Shown here: positions 1 to 11,874 of the stretch, piece by piece
How the letters are laid out: the number at the start of each line of letters is the position of its first letter
Position numbering within the stretch: the first letter of the stretch is position 1
Position numbers and translations under genes: made by a program
Notes under the pieces: model-generated
What the model saw: the letters and a program-made list of their open reading frames with translations, nothing else
Told to the model about the DNA's origin: nothing
The model's database searches: none
Assembly (NCBI GenBank): GCA_964598655.1
Contig: CAZRCT010000002.1
Coordinates: forward strand, 904-64,903
DNA: 64,000 nt
Source of the DNA: an uncultured Gemmatimonadaceae bacterium
GTDB lineage: Bacteria; Gemmatimonadota; Gemmatimonadetes; Gemmatimonadales; GWC2-71-9
Direction of reading: 5' to 3'

Positions 1-2765
<2,765 letters not shown>

Positions 2766-2885
2766 CAGCAGGAGGAACGACTCGGCAGCGTGGACGGTAC
2801 CGCGAATCCCGCCGAGGCGACAGGCCCGGGCCCACCCGCGGGCCCCTCCAGACCGGACGCCCCGCCTCCGCTGCCGCGGCGCCCC

Positions 2886-3914
2886 CTACGGCGTGGCCCC
2901 CGCCCCCTCCCACGCCGTCACGCTCAGTCGCCCAATGGTGCCGGCGTCGGTGCCGAACCAGATCATGCGCGTGGCCGGATCGAAGGTCATGTGGCGGATG
3001 ACGAGGCCGCCGCTCCCGCCGATCTCGACGGGCGGCAGGAACGCCTGACGCACGGGGTCGAAGGCCACCAGCCGGTTGGGCTGCGGGCCGGTCTCCGCCT
3101 GCCACACGCGTCCCTTGTCGTCGCCCGCCATGGCGTACGGGGCCGAGCGCGGGCCGGCGGGGTTGATCCACTGGGTGAAGCGGCCGGTCTTCGGGTCGAG
3201 CCGCCAGAGCTTGCCGCCCGTGTAGTCCCCGGCGAAGAGGCTGCCGTCCTGGCCCAGGACGATGCGGCGCGGCCGGGCGCCGGGCTCGGGCAGCACGTGC
3301 TCCGTGAGCGCGAGGGTCGCGGGGTCGATGGTGCCGACCTTGTTGGTGCCGAACTCCACGAACCAGGGGCGGTTGGCCCGGTCCACCACGATGCCATAGG
3401 GCCGCGAGCCCGAGGCGGGCATGAAGACGAGGTCGATCTTGCCGGTGGCGGGACGCAACCGGCCCACGGCGTTGCCCGCCTGCACACTGAACCAGAGGTC
3501 GCCGCGCGCGTCGAAGACGAGGGTGTGCGGATCGCCCGCGCGGGGATCGGGCATGGGGAAGCGGGTGATGCTGCCGTCCCGCGGGTCGAGGCGGCCGATC
3601 ATGGCGTTCCGGTTGCCGGCGAACCACACCATGCCGTCGGCGGCCACGATGCAGTTGTGCGGCAAGGTGCCGGGATCGAGCTCGTAGCGCCGGAAGTCGC
3701 CGGTGCGCGGGTCGAGGACCGCGAGATAGTTCCCCACCTGCCCCACGAACCAGATGCGGCCGTCGGGGGCGGCGAACGGGTCGCGCGGGCGGGTGTCGGG
3801 CCAGGGCACCGTCCACTCCTGGACCACGGCACCGGGACCCTGGGCCGGGAGCGCCGTCGTCGCGACGGTGGCGAGGCCGAGCGAAAGCGCGGCCAGAGAT
3901 CGGAAATCAGGCAT
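2886..3914 (-). CDS. Secreted beta-propeller protein, virginiamycin B lyase (Vgb)-like repeat family
   Basis: 342 aa with a signal peptide (SLAALSLGLATVATTALPAQG). It carries roughly 40-aa repeats with a recurring G..W(F)....N.(I/V)GR(L/I)DP pattern (GRIWFVGQVGNYLAVLDPRTG, GMVWFAGNRNAMIGRLDPRDG, GDLWFSVQAGNAVGRLRPATG, NRPWFVEFGTNKVGTIDPAT). Confidence 0.7.
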   Translation of the reverse strand: MPDFRSLAALSLGLATVATTALPAQGPGAVVQEWTVPWPDTRPRDPFAAPDGRIWFVGQVGNYLAVLDPRTGDFRRYELDPGTLPHNCIVAADGMVWFAGNRNAMIGRLDPRDGSITRFPMPDPRAGDPHTLVFDARGDLWFSVQAGNAVGRLRPATGKIDLVFMPASGSRPYGIVVDRANRPWFVEFGTNKVGTIDPATLALTEHVLPEPGARPRRIVLGQDGSLFAGDYTGGKLWRLDPKTGRFTQWINPAGPRSAPYAMAGDDKGRVWQAETGPQPNRLVAFDPVRQAFLPPVEIGGSGGLVIRHMTFDPATRMIWFGTDAGTIGRLSVTAWEGAGATP

Positions 3915-4487
3915 TGGGTTCCGCCTTTGTCATGGATGGGTCTGGCGAGATCCGGGCTCGTCCAGACTTTCGGAGGCTTCCGTGCCGTGCAGTCGAGGCT
4001 TTCTGCCGAACTCCGCTGGGCGGAGGCCTCGTGGTCCCAGCGCTGACGACGGCGGCGAGCGCGGCGTTTCATGCCCGGGCATCACCGGCCAGCCCAACCG
4101 TTTCCCCCGACAGGAGTTGCGGAGCCTCCGCGATGGCCGCTCCCGGGCAGGCGACCTTGCCGGGTGCCGGGGGGCCTCGTGGTCGCGTCCATGCTTCCCT
4201 GGGCGCGCCTGACGTGCTGTCGAGGTCGGCGTGCGACCGGCCGAAATCCGGCCAGCCCGTGACCGGGGCAATTGGAGCTGACGGACGGGGACCGTTCGCG
4301 CCAGAAGTCTGGTAATTACGAGTCCGTCGAACCCTTACCCGGCCCTTAATCTTTCTTTCATGAGGCAGCCTCGACAATAGTGGCGCTTCCCGGACCCGTT
4401 CGCCGTCCGGCCGACTATTCCGTTCTAGCCGACCATCCCCTGGCATCGGGCCCGCTGGTTCTGCCACACGAACCCGGAGTCCCCACG

Positions 4488-5624
4488 ATGTCCTTTCTGA
4501 ATCCCCTCGCCGACGAGTCGCTGGACGAGCGTCTCGCCCGCCAAGGTGTTTCGCGGCGGGAGTTCATGGAGTACTGCAGCGCGCTCTGCGTGGTGCTGGG
4601 CGTGGGCAAGAAGTTCGCGCCCACGATGGCGAAGGCGCTGCAGACGCCGCAGCGGCCGCCGGTGATCTGGCTGCAGCTGCAGGAGTGCACGGGGTGTGTG
4701 GAGAGCGTGCTGCGCACCGCCGAGCCCACGGTGGGCGACCTGGTGCTCGACGTGATCTCCCTGGACTACAGCCACGCGCTGATGGCGGGCGCGGGGCACG
4801 CGGTGGAGAAGGCGCTCAAGGATTCGATGACCGCCAACGCCGGCAAGTACGTGCTGCTGGTGACGGGCTCGGTGCCGCTGGCCGAGAACGGGGTGTACAC
4901 GGTGATCGGCGGGCGGACGGCGAAGGACATCCTGGAGGAGGCGGGCAAGGGGGCGGCGGCGGTGATCGCCGTGGGCGCGTGCGCGCACTTCGGGAGCGTG
5001 CAGGCGGCGCGGCCGAACCCGACGGGCGCCGTCGGCGTCGGCGACATCATCAAGGACAAGCCGGTGGTGAACATCGCGGGCTGCCCGCCGATCGGCGACG
5101 TGGTGACCGCGACGGTGGTGCACTTCCTGACGTTCGGCCGGCTGCCGGACGTGGACCCGGTGGGCCGCCCGCTCTTCGCGTACGGCGCCCGCATCCACGA
5201 CCAGTGCCCGCGCCGGGCCAACTTCGACGCCGGCCAGTTCGTCGAGAAGTTCGACGACGAGGCGGCGCGCAAGGGCTGGTGCCTGTATCACGTGGGCTGC
5301 AAGGGCCCCGCGACGTTCTCCCCCTGCCCGATCTTCCAGTGGAACACGCGGACCAGCTGGCCGATCGGCGCGGGGCACCCGTGCATCGGCTGCACCGAGC
5401 CGCATTTCTGGGACACCATGACCCCGTTCTACGGCCGGCTGCCCGACGTGGGCGGCTTCGGGATCGAGGAGCGGGTGGACGTGCTGGGCGCGGCGCTGGC
5501 GATCGGCGCCACGGCGGGTGTGGTGGCCCACGCGGCCGCGACCGGTGTCCACCAGATGCGCGAGAAGAACCGGCAGCTGCCCGTCGTCGACGGCCCGTCC
5601 CAGGGCGGCACCCCGAACAAGTAA
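4488..5624 (+). CDS. hupS: [NiFe] hydrogenase small subunit, group 1 (Tat-exported, C-terminal membrane anchor)
   Basis: Start set at the ATG at 4488 (MSFLNPLADESLDERLARQGVSRREFMEYC), which gives the twin-arginine motif SRREFM. It has the Fe-S cluster Cys motifs WLQLQECTGCVES, GACAHFGSVQAA and CPPIGD, plus a hydrophobic C-terminal helix (VLGAALAIGATAGVVAHAAA). The tracked ORF start at 4380 is an unsupported upstream extension. Confidence 0.95.
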   Translation: MSFLNPLADESLDERLARQGVSRREFMEYCSALCVVLGVGKKFAPTMAKALQTPQRPPVIWLQLQECTGCVESVLRTAEPTVGDLVLDVISLDYSHALMAGAGHAVEKALKDSMTANAGKYVLLVTGSVPLAENGVYTVIGGRTAKDILEEAGKGAAAVIAVGACAHFGSVQAARPNPTGAVGVGDIIKDKPVVNIAGCPPIGDVVTATVVHFLTFGRLPDVDPVGRPLFAYGARIHDQCPRRANFDAGQFVEKFDDEAARKGWCLYHVGCKGPATFSPCPIFQWNTRTSWPIGAGHPCIGCTEPHFWDTMTPFYGRLPDVGGFGIEERVDVLGAALAIGATAGVVAHAAATGVHQMREKNRQLPVVDGPSQGGTPNK

Positions 5625-5639
5625 CGGAGACTGACACCC

Positions 5640-7358
5640 ATGGCTGCCACCAAAGTCGTCGTCGACCCGATCACCCGCATCGAGGGGCACCTCCGGATCG
5701 AGGTCCAGGCCGAGAACGGGAAGATCAGCGACAGCTGGGCCTCGTCCACGCAGTTCCGCGGGATCGAGACCATCATGAAGGACCGGGACCCGCGCGATGC
5801 CTGGGCGTTCACCCAGCGCATCTGCGGCGTCTGCACCGTCGTGCACGCGGTGGCGAGCTGCCGCGCCGTGGAGGACGCGCTCGACATCCGGATCCCGCCC
5901 AACGCCAACATCATCCGGAACCTGGTCCACGGGATGCAGTTCATCCAGGACCACGTGATCCACTTCTACCACCTGCACGCGCTCGACTGGGTGGACGTGG
6001 TGAGCGCGCTCAAGGCGGACCCGGCCGGCACCAGCCGGCTGGCGTCGTCGCTCTCGCCCTGGCCCAACAACTCGGCCACCTACTTCGCCGAGGTGCAGAA
6101 CCGGGTCAAGAAGTTCGTGGCGAGCGGCCAGCTCGGCATCTTCACCAACGGCTACTGGGGCCACCCGGCGTACAAGCTCCCGCCCGAGGCCAACCTCATG
6201 GCGGTGGCGCACTACCTCGAGGCGCTCGACTGGCAGCGCGACGTCATCCGGCTCCACGCCATCTTCGGCGGCAAGAACCCGCACCCGAACTTCCTCGTGG
6301 GCGGCATGGCGTCGGCCATCAACCTGAACGACACGGCCACGATCAACGCGGAACGGCTCACCGACATCCGCGACATGATCACCCGCGCGCAGCGCTTCGT
6401 GGAGCAGGTGTACTGGACCGACCTCGTGGCCATCGCCGGCTTCTACAAGGACTGGGCGGCGATCGGCGGCGGCGTGAAGAACCACCTCTGCTACGGCGAG
6501 TTCCCCGAGGGCGACATCCGCGAGCTCGACAAGCTCTACTTCCCGCGCGGCATCATCTACGACAACGACCTCACCAAGGTGCACGACTTCGACCCGGCCA
6601 AGGTGCAGGAGTTCATCAACACCAGCTGGTACGAGTACAGCACCGGTCCCGAGTCGGGCCTCCACCCGTTCGAGGGCGAGACCACGCCCAAGTACACCGG
6701 TCCCGCCACCCCGTGGACCTACCTGCAGGGCGAGCCCAAGTACACCTGGATGAAGGCCCCGCGCTACGAGGGCAAGCCCATGCAGGTGGGCCCGCTCTCC
6801 CGCCTGCTGGTGGCGTACGGCAAGGGCCACGAGGAAGTGCGCGAGATGGTGGGCGGCGTGATGAGCGCCCTCAACGTGGGCCCGAGCGCGCTCTTCTCCA
6901 CCCTGGGCCGCACCGCGGCCCGCGGCATGGAGACGGTGCTCCTGGCCCGGCGCATGAACAAGTGGTATGACGACCTCGTCAACCGCATCAAGAACGGCGA
7001 CACCCAGACGTTCAACCAGGAGAAGTGGGACCCGTCGAAGTGGCCGGCCGGCGAGGCGAAGGGCTTCGGCTTCCTCGACGCCCCGCGCGGCGCCCTGGGC
7101 CACTGGGTGAAGATCAAGGACGGCAAGATCACCAACTACCAGTGCGTCGTGCCGAGCACCTGGAACTGCTCGCCGCGCGATGGCCAGGGACAGAAGGGCG
7201 CCTACGAGGCCTCGCTGGTGGACAACCACCCGCTGGTGAACCCGGAGCAGCCGATCGAGATCCTCCGCACCATCCACAGCTTCGACCCGTGCATGTCGTG
7301 CGGTGTCCACGTCCTGGATGCCAACGGCAACCCGGTCGTGGAGGTCAAGGTCCAATGA
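5640..7358 (+). CDS. hupL: [NiFe] hydrogenase large subunit, group 1
   Basis: 572 aa with the N-terminal signature PITRIEGHLRIE, the L1 motif RICGVCTVVH and the C-terminal L2 motif DPCMSCGVH. A 15-aa tail (VLDANGNPVVEVKVQ) follows, as expected for endopeptidase processing. Confidence 0.97.
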   Translation: MAATKVVVDPITRIEGHLRIEVQAENGKISDSWASSTQFRGIETIMKDRDPRDAWAFTQRICGVCTVVHAVASCRAVEDALDIRIPPNANIIRNLVHGMQFIQDHVIHFYHLHALDWVDVVSALKADPAGTSRLASSLSPWPNNSATYFAEVQNRVKKFVASGQLGIFTNGYWGHPAYKLPPEANLMAVAHYLEALDWQRDVIRLHAIFGGKNPHPNFLVGGMASAINLNDTATINAERLTDIRDMITRAQRFVEQVYWTDLVAIAGFYKDWAAIGGGVKNHLCYGEFPEGDIRELDKLYFPRGIIYDNDLTKVHDFDPAKVQEFINTSWYEYSTGPESGLHPFEGETTPKYTGPATPWTYLQGEPKYTWMKAPRYEGKPMQVGPLSRLLVAYGKGHEEVREMVGGVMSALNVGPSALFSTLGRTAARGMETVLLARRMNKWYDDLVNRIKNGDTQTFNQEKWDPSKWPAGEAKGFGFLDAPRGALGHWVKIKDGKITNYQCVVPSTWNCSPRDGQGQKGAYEASLVDNHPLVNPEQPIEILRTIHSFDPCMSCGVHVLDANGNPVVEVKVQ

Positions 7359-8131
7359 CGAACGCCTCTTCGCAGGCCGGGCGGGGCACGGCCGGCCAGC
7401 AGGGGTTCCACCTCGGCGCCGACATCGCGGCGCCGAGCGGGAACTACAAGTGGGTGAAACTGTGGGGCTGGCCCATCCGGCTGATGCACTGGATGGCGGT
7501 CGCGACCATGGTGGCGCTGGTGGTCACCGGGCTCTACATCGGCAAGCCCTACTTCATGGCGGGCGGGGACACGCGGGACCACTTCCTGATGGGGTGGATG
7601 CGGTTCATCCACTTCGCCGCGGCGGCCATCTTCGCCACCACGGCGATCTGGCGCATCTACTGGCTCTTCGCCGGCAACCGGTTCGAGCGGCTCCCCGCCC
7701 TCTTCCCGATCCGCCCGCGCGACTGGGTCAACATGGTGAAGCAGGTGAAGTTCTACGCCATGATCGAGCCGGAGAAGGCGCCCCACTACCTGGGCCACAA
7801 CCCGCTGCAGCAGCTGAGCTACACGGGCATCTACTTCCTGGCCCTGGTGATGGTCGTGACCGGCTTCGCCATGTACGGGCAGTCGGACCCCAGCGGGATC
7901 TTCTACAAGCTGTTCAACTGGGTGGGCATCGTGATGGGCGGGATGCCGGTGGTGCGGTTCATCCACCACGTCCTGACCTGGGCGTTCCTGATCTTCATCC
8001 CGATGCACATCTACCTCGCCATCCGCGCGGACGTGCTGGAGCGCGGCGGCGTGATCTCGTCCATCTTCACCGGCGGGCGGTTCGTGCCGGCCAAGCACCA
8101 CTTCGTGGACGGCGAGGACCTCAATGAGTAG
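7355..8131 (+). CDS. hupC: Ni/Fe-hydrogenase b-type cytochrome subunit
   Basis: The start ATG at 7355 overlaps the large-subunit stop (ATGA). It is a multi-span membrane protein with family-typical His residues (IRLMHWMAV, RFIHFAAAA, RFIHHVLTW, IPMHIYLAIRADV) and sits in the canonical position after the large subunit. Confidence 0.9.
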   Translation: MTNASSQAGRGTAGQQGFHLGADIAAPSGNYKWVKLWGWPIRLMHWMAVATMVALVVTGLYIGKPYFMAGGDTRDHFLMGWMRFIHFAAAAIFATTAIWRIYWLFAGNRFERLPALFPIRPRDWVNMVKQVKFYAMIEPEKAPHYLGHNPLQQLSYTGIYFLALVMVVTGFAMYGQSDPSGIFYKLFNWVGIVMGGMPVVRFIHHVLTWAFLIFIPMHIYLAIRADVLERGGVISSIFTGGRFVPAKHHFVDGEDLNE

Positions 8132-8633
8132 TCCCGCGCGGCGCACGGTTGTCCTGGGCCTCGGCAACCCGATCATGGGGGACGACGGGCTCGGGCTGGC
8201 CGCGCTGGCGCGGCTCAAGGAGGCGTGGGAGCTCCCGCCGTCGCTCGAGCTGGTGGACGGCGGGACCTGGGGCATGAACCTCCTCCCGATGATCGAGGAC
8301 GCGGACGAGCTGCTGCTGCTCGACGCCATCCGGGCGGGGGCCGCCCCCGGGACGGTGCACGAGATGGGCCGGGGCGAGCTGCCCCGCTACCTCGCGCACA
8401 AGCTGTCCCCGCACCAGATTGACCTGAAGGAGGTGCTGGCCCTCGCCGAGCTCCGCGGCACGCTGCCCCCGGTGGTGGCGGCGATCGGCGCGGAGCCCGA
8501 CCGGGTGGAGATGTCGGCGATCCTCACGCCGGAGCTGGAAGCGGTGGTGGACGCGGTCGCCGAGAAGGCGGCCCACCGCCTCAAGGCGTGGGGCCATCAC
8601 GTGCGGAAGAGGCCGGCGTACAGCCATGCATGA
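8124..8633 (+). CDS. hupD: Hydrogenase maturation endopeptidase (HyaD/HoxM/HupD family)
   Basis: 169 aa with the N-terminal signature VVLGLGNPIMGDDGLG and SPHQIDL later in the sequence. It overlaps the cytochrome b stop by 8 nt. Confidence 0.9.
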   Translation: MSSPARRTVVLGLGNPIMGDDGLGLAALARLKEAWELPPSLELVDGGTWGMNLLPMIEDADELLLLDAIRAGAAPGTVHEMGRGELPRYLAHKLSPHQIDLKEVLALAELRGTLPPVVAAIGAEPDRVEMSAILTPELEAVVDAVAEKAAHRLKAWGHHVRKRPAYSHA

Positions 8634-8883
8634 GATGAGCCTTGCCATGGAAGTGGCCCGGCTGGTCGAAGCGCAGATGACACGCCACCCGGGGCGCCTG
8701 CTCCGGGTGGGCGTTTTGGTGGGGGACGAGGCCGGCGTGGAACCGGACAACTTCCAGTTCTGCCTCGACGCCGTCTTCCAGACGCCGCCCTTCACGGGCG
8801 CCCAGGCCGAGCTGACCCGCGTGCCGGGGGATGTCCTCCGGCTGGACTACCTGGAGGTGGATGATGGCCGTCCGGACGATTGA
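8626..8883 (+). CDS. hypA: HypA-like nickel metallochaperone, short form lacking the zinc-finger domain
   Basis: 85 aa. It begins with the MHE nickel-binding N-terminus (MHEMSLAMEVARLVE) and has the HypA core (RVGVLVGDEAGVEPDNFQFCLD). It contains only one Cys and no CxxC pairs. Confidence 0.75.
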   Translation: MHEMSLAMEVARLVEAQMTRHPGRLLRVGVLVGDEAGVEPDNFQFCLDAVFQTPPFTGAQAELTRVPGDVLRLDYLEVDDGRPDD

Positions 8884-9535
8884 GGTCCGCGAGAAGGTCA
8901 TGGCACGCAACAACGAGCTCGCCGGCGAGGTCCGGCAGGTGCTCGCCGAGCGCGGCATCCTCGGCTTCAACGTCGTCTCCTCCCCCGGCTCCGGGAAGAC
9001 GCTGCTCCTCGAGAAGACCCTCGCCGCCCTCGGCGAGGAGCTCGGCATCGCCGTGGTGACCGGCGACGTGCAGACGCAGAACGACGCCGACCGGCTGGCC
9101 CGCCACACCGAGCGGCTGGTGCAGGCGGTGGTGACGGGCGGGGCCTGCCACCTCGACGCGCTGCAGGTGCAGGACGCGCTCACGGCCATCGACCTGGCGC
9201 GGACCCGGCTGCTGTTCGTGGAGAACGTGGGGAACCTGGTCTGCCCCGCGAGCTGGGACCTGGGCGAGCGGGACAAGATCGTCGTCTTCTCGGTGACCGA
9301 GGGCGAGGACAAGCCGCTCAAGTACCCCAAGATGTTCAAGGTGTCGCGCTACGCGGTGCTCAACAAGATCGACCTCCTGCCCCACCTCGACTTCGACGTG
9401 GAGCTGGCGATCCGGAACGCGCGGAGCGTGAACCCCGACCTCGAGTTCTTCCTCACCTCGGCCCGCACGGGCGAGGGGCTCGACGCCTGGTTCGAGTTCC
9501 TGCGCTCGCAGGTGGCCGCGCACGCCGCCCCATGA
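8861..9535 (+). CDS. hypB: HypB nickel-dependent GTPase
   Basis: P-loop SSPGSGKTLLLEK, metal-site region GGACHLDA, and ENVGNLVCP and NKIDL GTPase motifs. The start is taken at the ATG at 8861/8864 (MMAVRTIEV); the tracked 8831 start would overlap hypA more deeply. There is no His-rich or CxxCGC N-terminus. Confidence 0.9.
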   Translation: MMAVRTIEVREKVMARNNELAGEVRQVLAERGILGFNVVSSPGSGKTLLLEKTLAALGEELGIAVVTGDVQTQNDADRLARHTERLVQAVVTGGACHLDALQVQDALTAIDLARTRLLFVENVGNLVCPASWDLGERDKIVVFSVTEGEDKPLKYPKMFKVSRYAVLNKIDLLPHLDFDVELAIRNARSVNPDLEFFLTSARTGEGLDAWFEFLRSQVAAHAAP

Positions 9536-11838
9536 GCGCCCCGACCCGGACGGTGGCCGTGGCCTGCCGCGTCCGGGTCGAGGGCGTGGTGCAGGGCGTC
9601 GGCTTCCGGCCGTTCCTCCATCGCCTGGCCCTCCGGCACGGCCTCACCGGCTGGGTCCGGAACGCCGCCGGCGAGGTGACCGTCCACCTCGAGGGGGACG
9701 ACGCCGGGGTGCAGGCCTTCCTGCAGGCCCTGCGCGCCGAGGCGCCGCCGCTGGCGCAGGTGATGGCCGTGGCGGTGTGCGAGGCCGAGCCCGAGGGCTG
9801 CACCGCGTTCCGGATCGAGGCGAGCGACGAGGCCCCGGCCGGCCGCCTCCCCGTCCCGCCCGACATCGCCATCTGCCCGGCGTGCGAGCGCGAGCTGCTC
9901 GATCCGATGAACCGGCGGCACCACTACCCGTTCATCACCTGCACCGACTGCGGGCCCCGCTACACGGTCATCGAGCACCTCCCGTACGACCGGGAGCGCA
10001 CCACCATGCGGGCGTTCACCCAGTGTCCCGCCTGCCGCGCCGAGTACGAGACCCCGGGCAACCGCCGCCACCACTCCGAGACCAACAGCTGCCCCGCCTG
10101 CGGGCCCGCGCTCTGGCTCGAGACCGGGGAGCCGGGTGTCGCGACCGCACGGGACCAGGGCGCCCTCCGCGAGGCCGCCCGCCTCCTCGCCGACGGCGCC
10201 ATCGTGGCGCTCCGCGGCTTCGGCGGCTTCCACCTGGCCTGTGACGCCACCGACGACCGGGCCGTGCAGCTCCTGCGCCGCCGCAAGCGGCGCGAGGGGA
10301 AGCCGTTCGCCGTCATGGTGCGCGATCTCGCCGCGGCCCGCGCGCTGGCCGAGATCTCGCCGGCGGAAGCGGCGCCGCTCGAGCGCGCGGAGCGCCCCGT
10401 GGTGCTGGTGACGATCCGGCCGGACGCCAGACTGGCGCCGAGCGTGGCACCCGGCCTCGATACACTCGGCCTCATGCTGCCGGCCACGCCGCTCCACCTC
10501 CTCCTGCTCGACCTGGTGCAGCGCCCGCTGGTGATGACCAGCGGCAACCGGAGCGAGGAGCCGATCGCCATCGGCAACGCCGAGGCGCGCCGGCGCCTCG
10601 GCGACATCGCCGACGGGTACCTGCTGCACGACCGCGAGATCCTCTCCCGGTGCGACGACTCCGTCCTGCGCGTGGCCGGGGACACGCCGATCTTCCTGCG
10701 CCGGGCTCGCGGCTACGCGCCGCTCCCGGTGCCCCTCCCGATCGCCGCCCCGGTGCCGCTCGTGGCGGTGGGCCCGCACCTGAAGAACACCTTCACGCTG
10801 GCCGCGGGCGCCGCGGCCTACGTGAGCCCGCACATCGGCGACCTCGAGAGCATGGAGGGGCTGGACCACTTCCGGCAGGCGCTGGCGGTGTACCGCCGGC
10901 TCTTCCACATCGACCCCGAGGCGGTGGCGCACGACCTGCATCCCGGCTACCTCTCCACCCGGGTGGCGCACGAACTCGGCCTGCCGCGACTGCTGGCGGT
11001 GCAGCACCACGAGGCGCACGTGGCCGCGGTGCTCGGCGAGCACGGCGAGACCGGTCCCGCGATCGGCGTGGCCTTCGACGGCACCGGCTACGGGCACGAC
11101 GGCGCCACCTGGGGCGCGGAGGTGTTCGTCGGCTCGCTGGCCGCCTTCCAGCGCGTGGGGCACCTCCGCTACGCCCCGCTGCCCGGCGGGGACCTCGCGG
11201 CCCGGCGCCCCTGGCGGGTGGCGCTCGGCTTTGCGAGCCTGGACCACGTGCTCCGCGACGCCCTGGCACCGCTGCTGGGGACGGTGCCGGCGGGCGAGCT
11301 GGCGCTCGCGGAGCGGCAGATCGCCACCGAGACCAACTGCCCGCTCGCCAGCTCCATGGGGCGGCTGTTCGACGCCGCGGCGGCCATCGTGGGCCTCCGC
11401 CTCGCCTCGGACTACGAGGGCCAGGCCGCCATGGAGCTGGAGGCGCTGGCCCACAACCGGGTGGCGGCCGAGCATCCGGTGCCCCTCGAGGACGATGGAC
11501 AGGGCGGCTGGGTGATGGACCCCGTCCCGCTCCTCACCCACCTGGCCATCCGGAAGGCCCGCGGCGCCCACGTGGGCGACCTGGCGGCCGATTTCCATGC
11601 CAGCGTGGCCCGGGCGGCCGAGCAGCTGGTCCTGCGGGCCGCCGGGCGGCACCACCTCTCGACGGTGGCGCTCTCCGGTGGCACCTTCCAGAATGCGCGG
11701 CTCGTGAGCTCGCTCCAGAAGCGGCTCACGGAGCACGGCCTCCGGGTGCTCGTGGCCCGGCGGCTGCCGCCCAACGACGGCGCGGTGAGCTACGGCCAGG
11801 CGGTCATCGCCGCCGCGCGGCTCGGCGCCCTGCCCTGA
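9532..11838 (+). CDS. hypF: HypF carbamoyltransferase
   Basis: 768 aa. It has an acylphosphatase-like N-terminus (VRVEGVVQGVGFRPFLHRLALRHGLTGWVRN) and two zinc-finger pairs (CPACERELLDPMNRRHHYPFITCTDCGPRY and CPACRAEYETPGNRRHHSETNSCPACGP). YrdC-like and Kae1-like C-terminal domains follow. The start overlaps the hypB stop (ATGA). Confidence 0.95.
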   Translation: MSAPTRTVAVACRVRVEGVVQGVGFRPFLHRLALRHGLTGWVRNAAGEVTVHLEGDDAGVQAFLQALRAEAPPLAQVMAVAVCEAEPEGCTAFRIEASDEAPAGRLPVPPDIAICPACERELLDPMNRRHHYPFITCTDCGPRYTVIEHLPYDRERTTMRAFTQCPACRAEYETPGNRRHHSETNSCPACGPALWLETGEPGVATARDQGALREAARLLADGAIVALRGFGGFHLACDATDDRAVQLLRRRKRREGKPFAVMVRDLAAARALAEISPAEAAPLERAERPVVLVTIRPDARLAPSVAPGLDTLGLMLPATPLHLLLLDLVQRPLVMTSGNRSEEPIAIGNAEARRRLGDIADGYLLHDREILSRCDDSVLRVAGDTPIFLRRARGYAPLPVPLPIAAPVPLVAVGPHLKNTFTLAAGAAAYVSPHIGDLESMEGLDHFRQALAVYRRLFHIDPEAVAHDLHPGYLSTRVAHELGLPRLLAVQHHEAHVAAVLGEHGETGPAIGVAFDGTGYGHDGATWGAEVFVGSLAAFQRVGHLRYAPLPGGDLAARRPWRVALGFASLDHVLRDALAPLLGTVPAGELALAERQIATETNCPLASSMGRLFDAAAAIVGLRLASDYEGQAAMELEALAHNRVAAEHPVPLEDDGQGGWVMDPVPLLTHLAIRKARGAHVGDLAADFHASVARAAEQLVLRAAGRHHLSTVALSGGTFQNARLVSSLQKRLTEHGLRVLVARRLPPNDGAVSYGQAVIAAARLGALP

Positions 11839-11874
11839 TCCCCCGCTCGCCTCCCCGGCCCGGAGCTTCCTCCC

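Noticed and set aside
4441-4456. Sigma54-like element TGGCAT-N5-CCGC about 35 nt upstream of the hydrogenase start
   Set aside because: The GG/GC spacing fits, but the -12 box (CCGC versus TTGC) is poor. Such matches are frequent in GC-rich DNA, and no enhancer-binding protein gene is in the cluster. It is not supportable without transcription start data.
4380-4487. 36-codon N-terminal extension of the hydrogenase small subunit in the ORF track
   Set aside because: Starting at the ATG at 4488 places the twin-arginine motif (SRREFM) at the usual distance from the N-terminus. The extension has no function and would bury the Tat signal.
4425-7355. 976-aa ORF antisense to the hydrogenase small and large subunit genes
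   Set aside because: It lies fully opposite two genes with unmistakable [NiFe] motifs. Its translation is low-complexity and Arg/Ala/Gly/His-rich with no recognisable motif. Stop-free antisense frames like this are typical of very GC-rich DNA.
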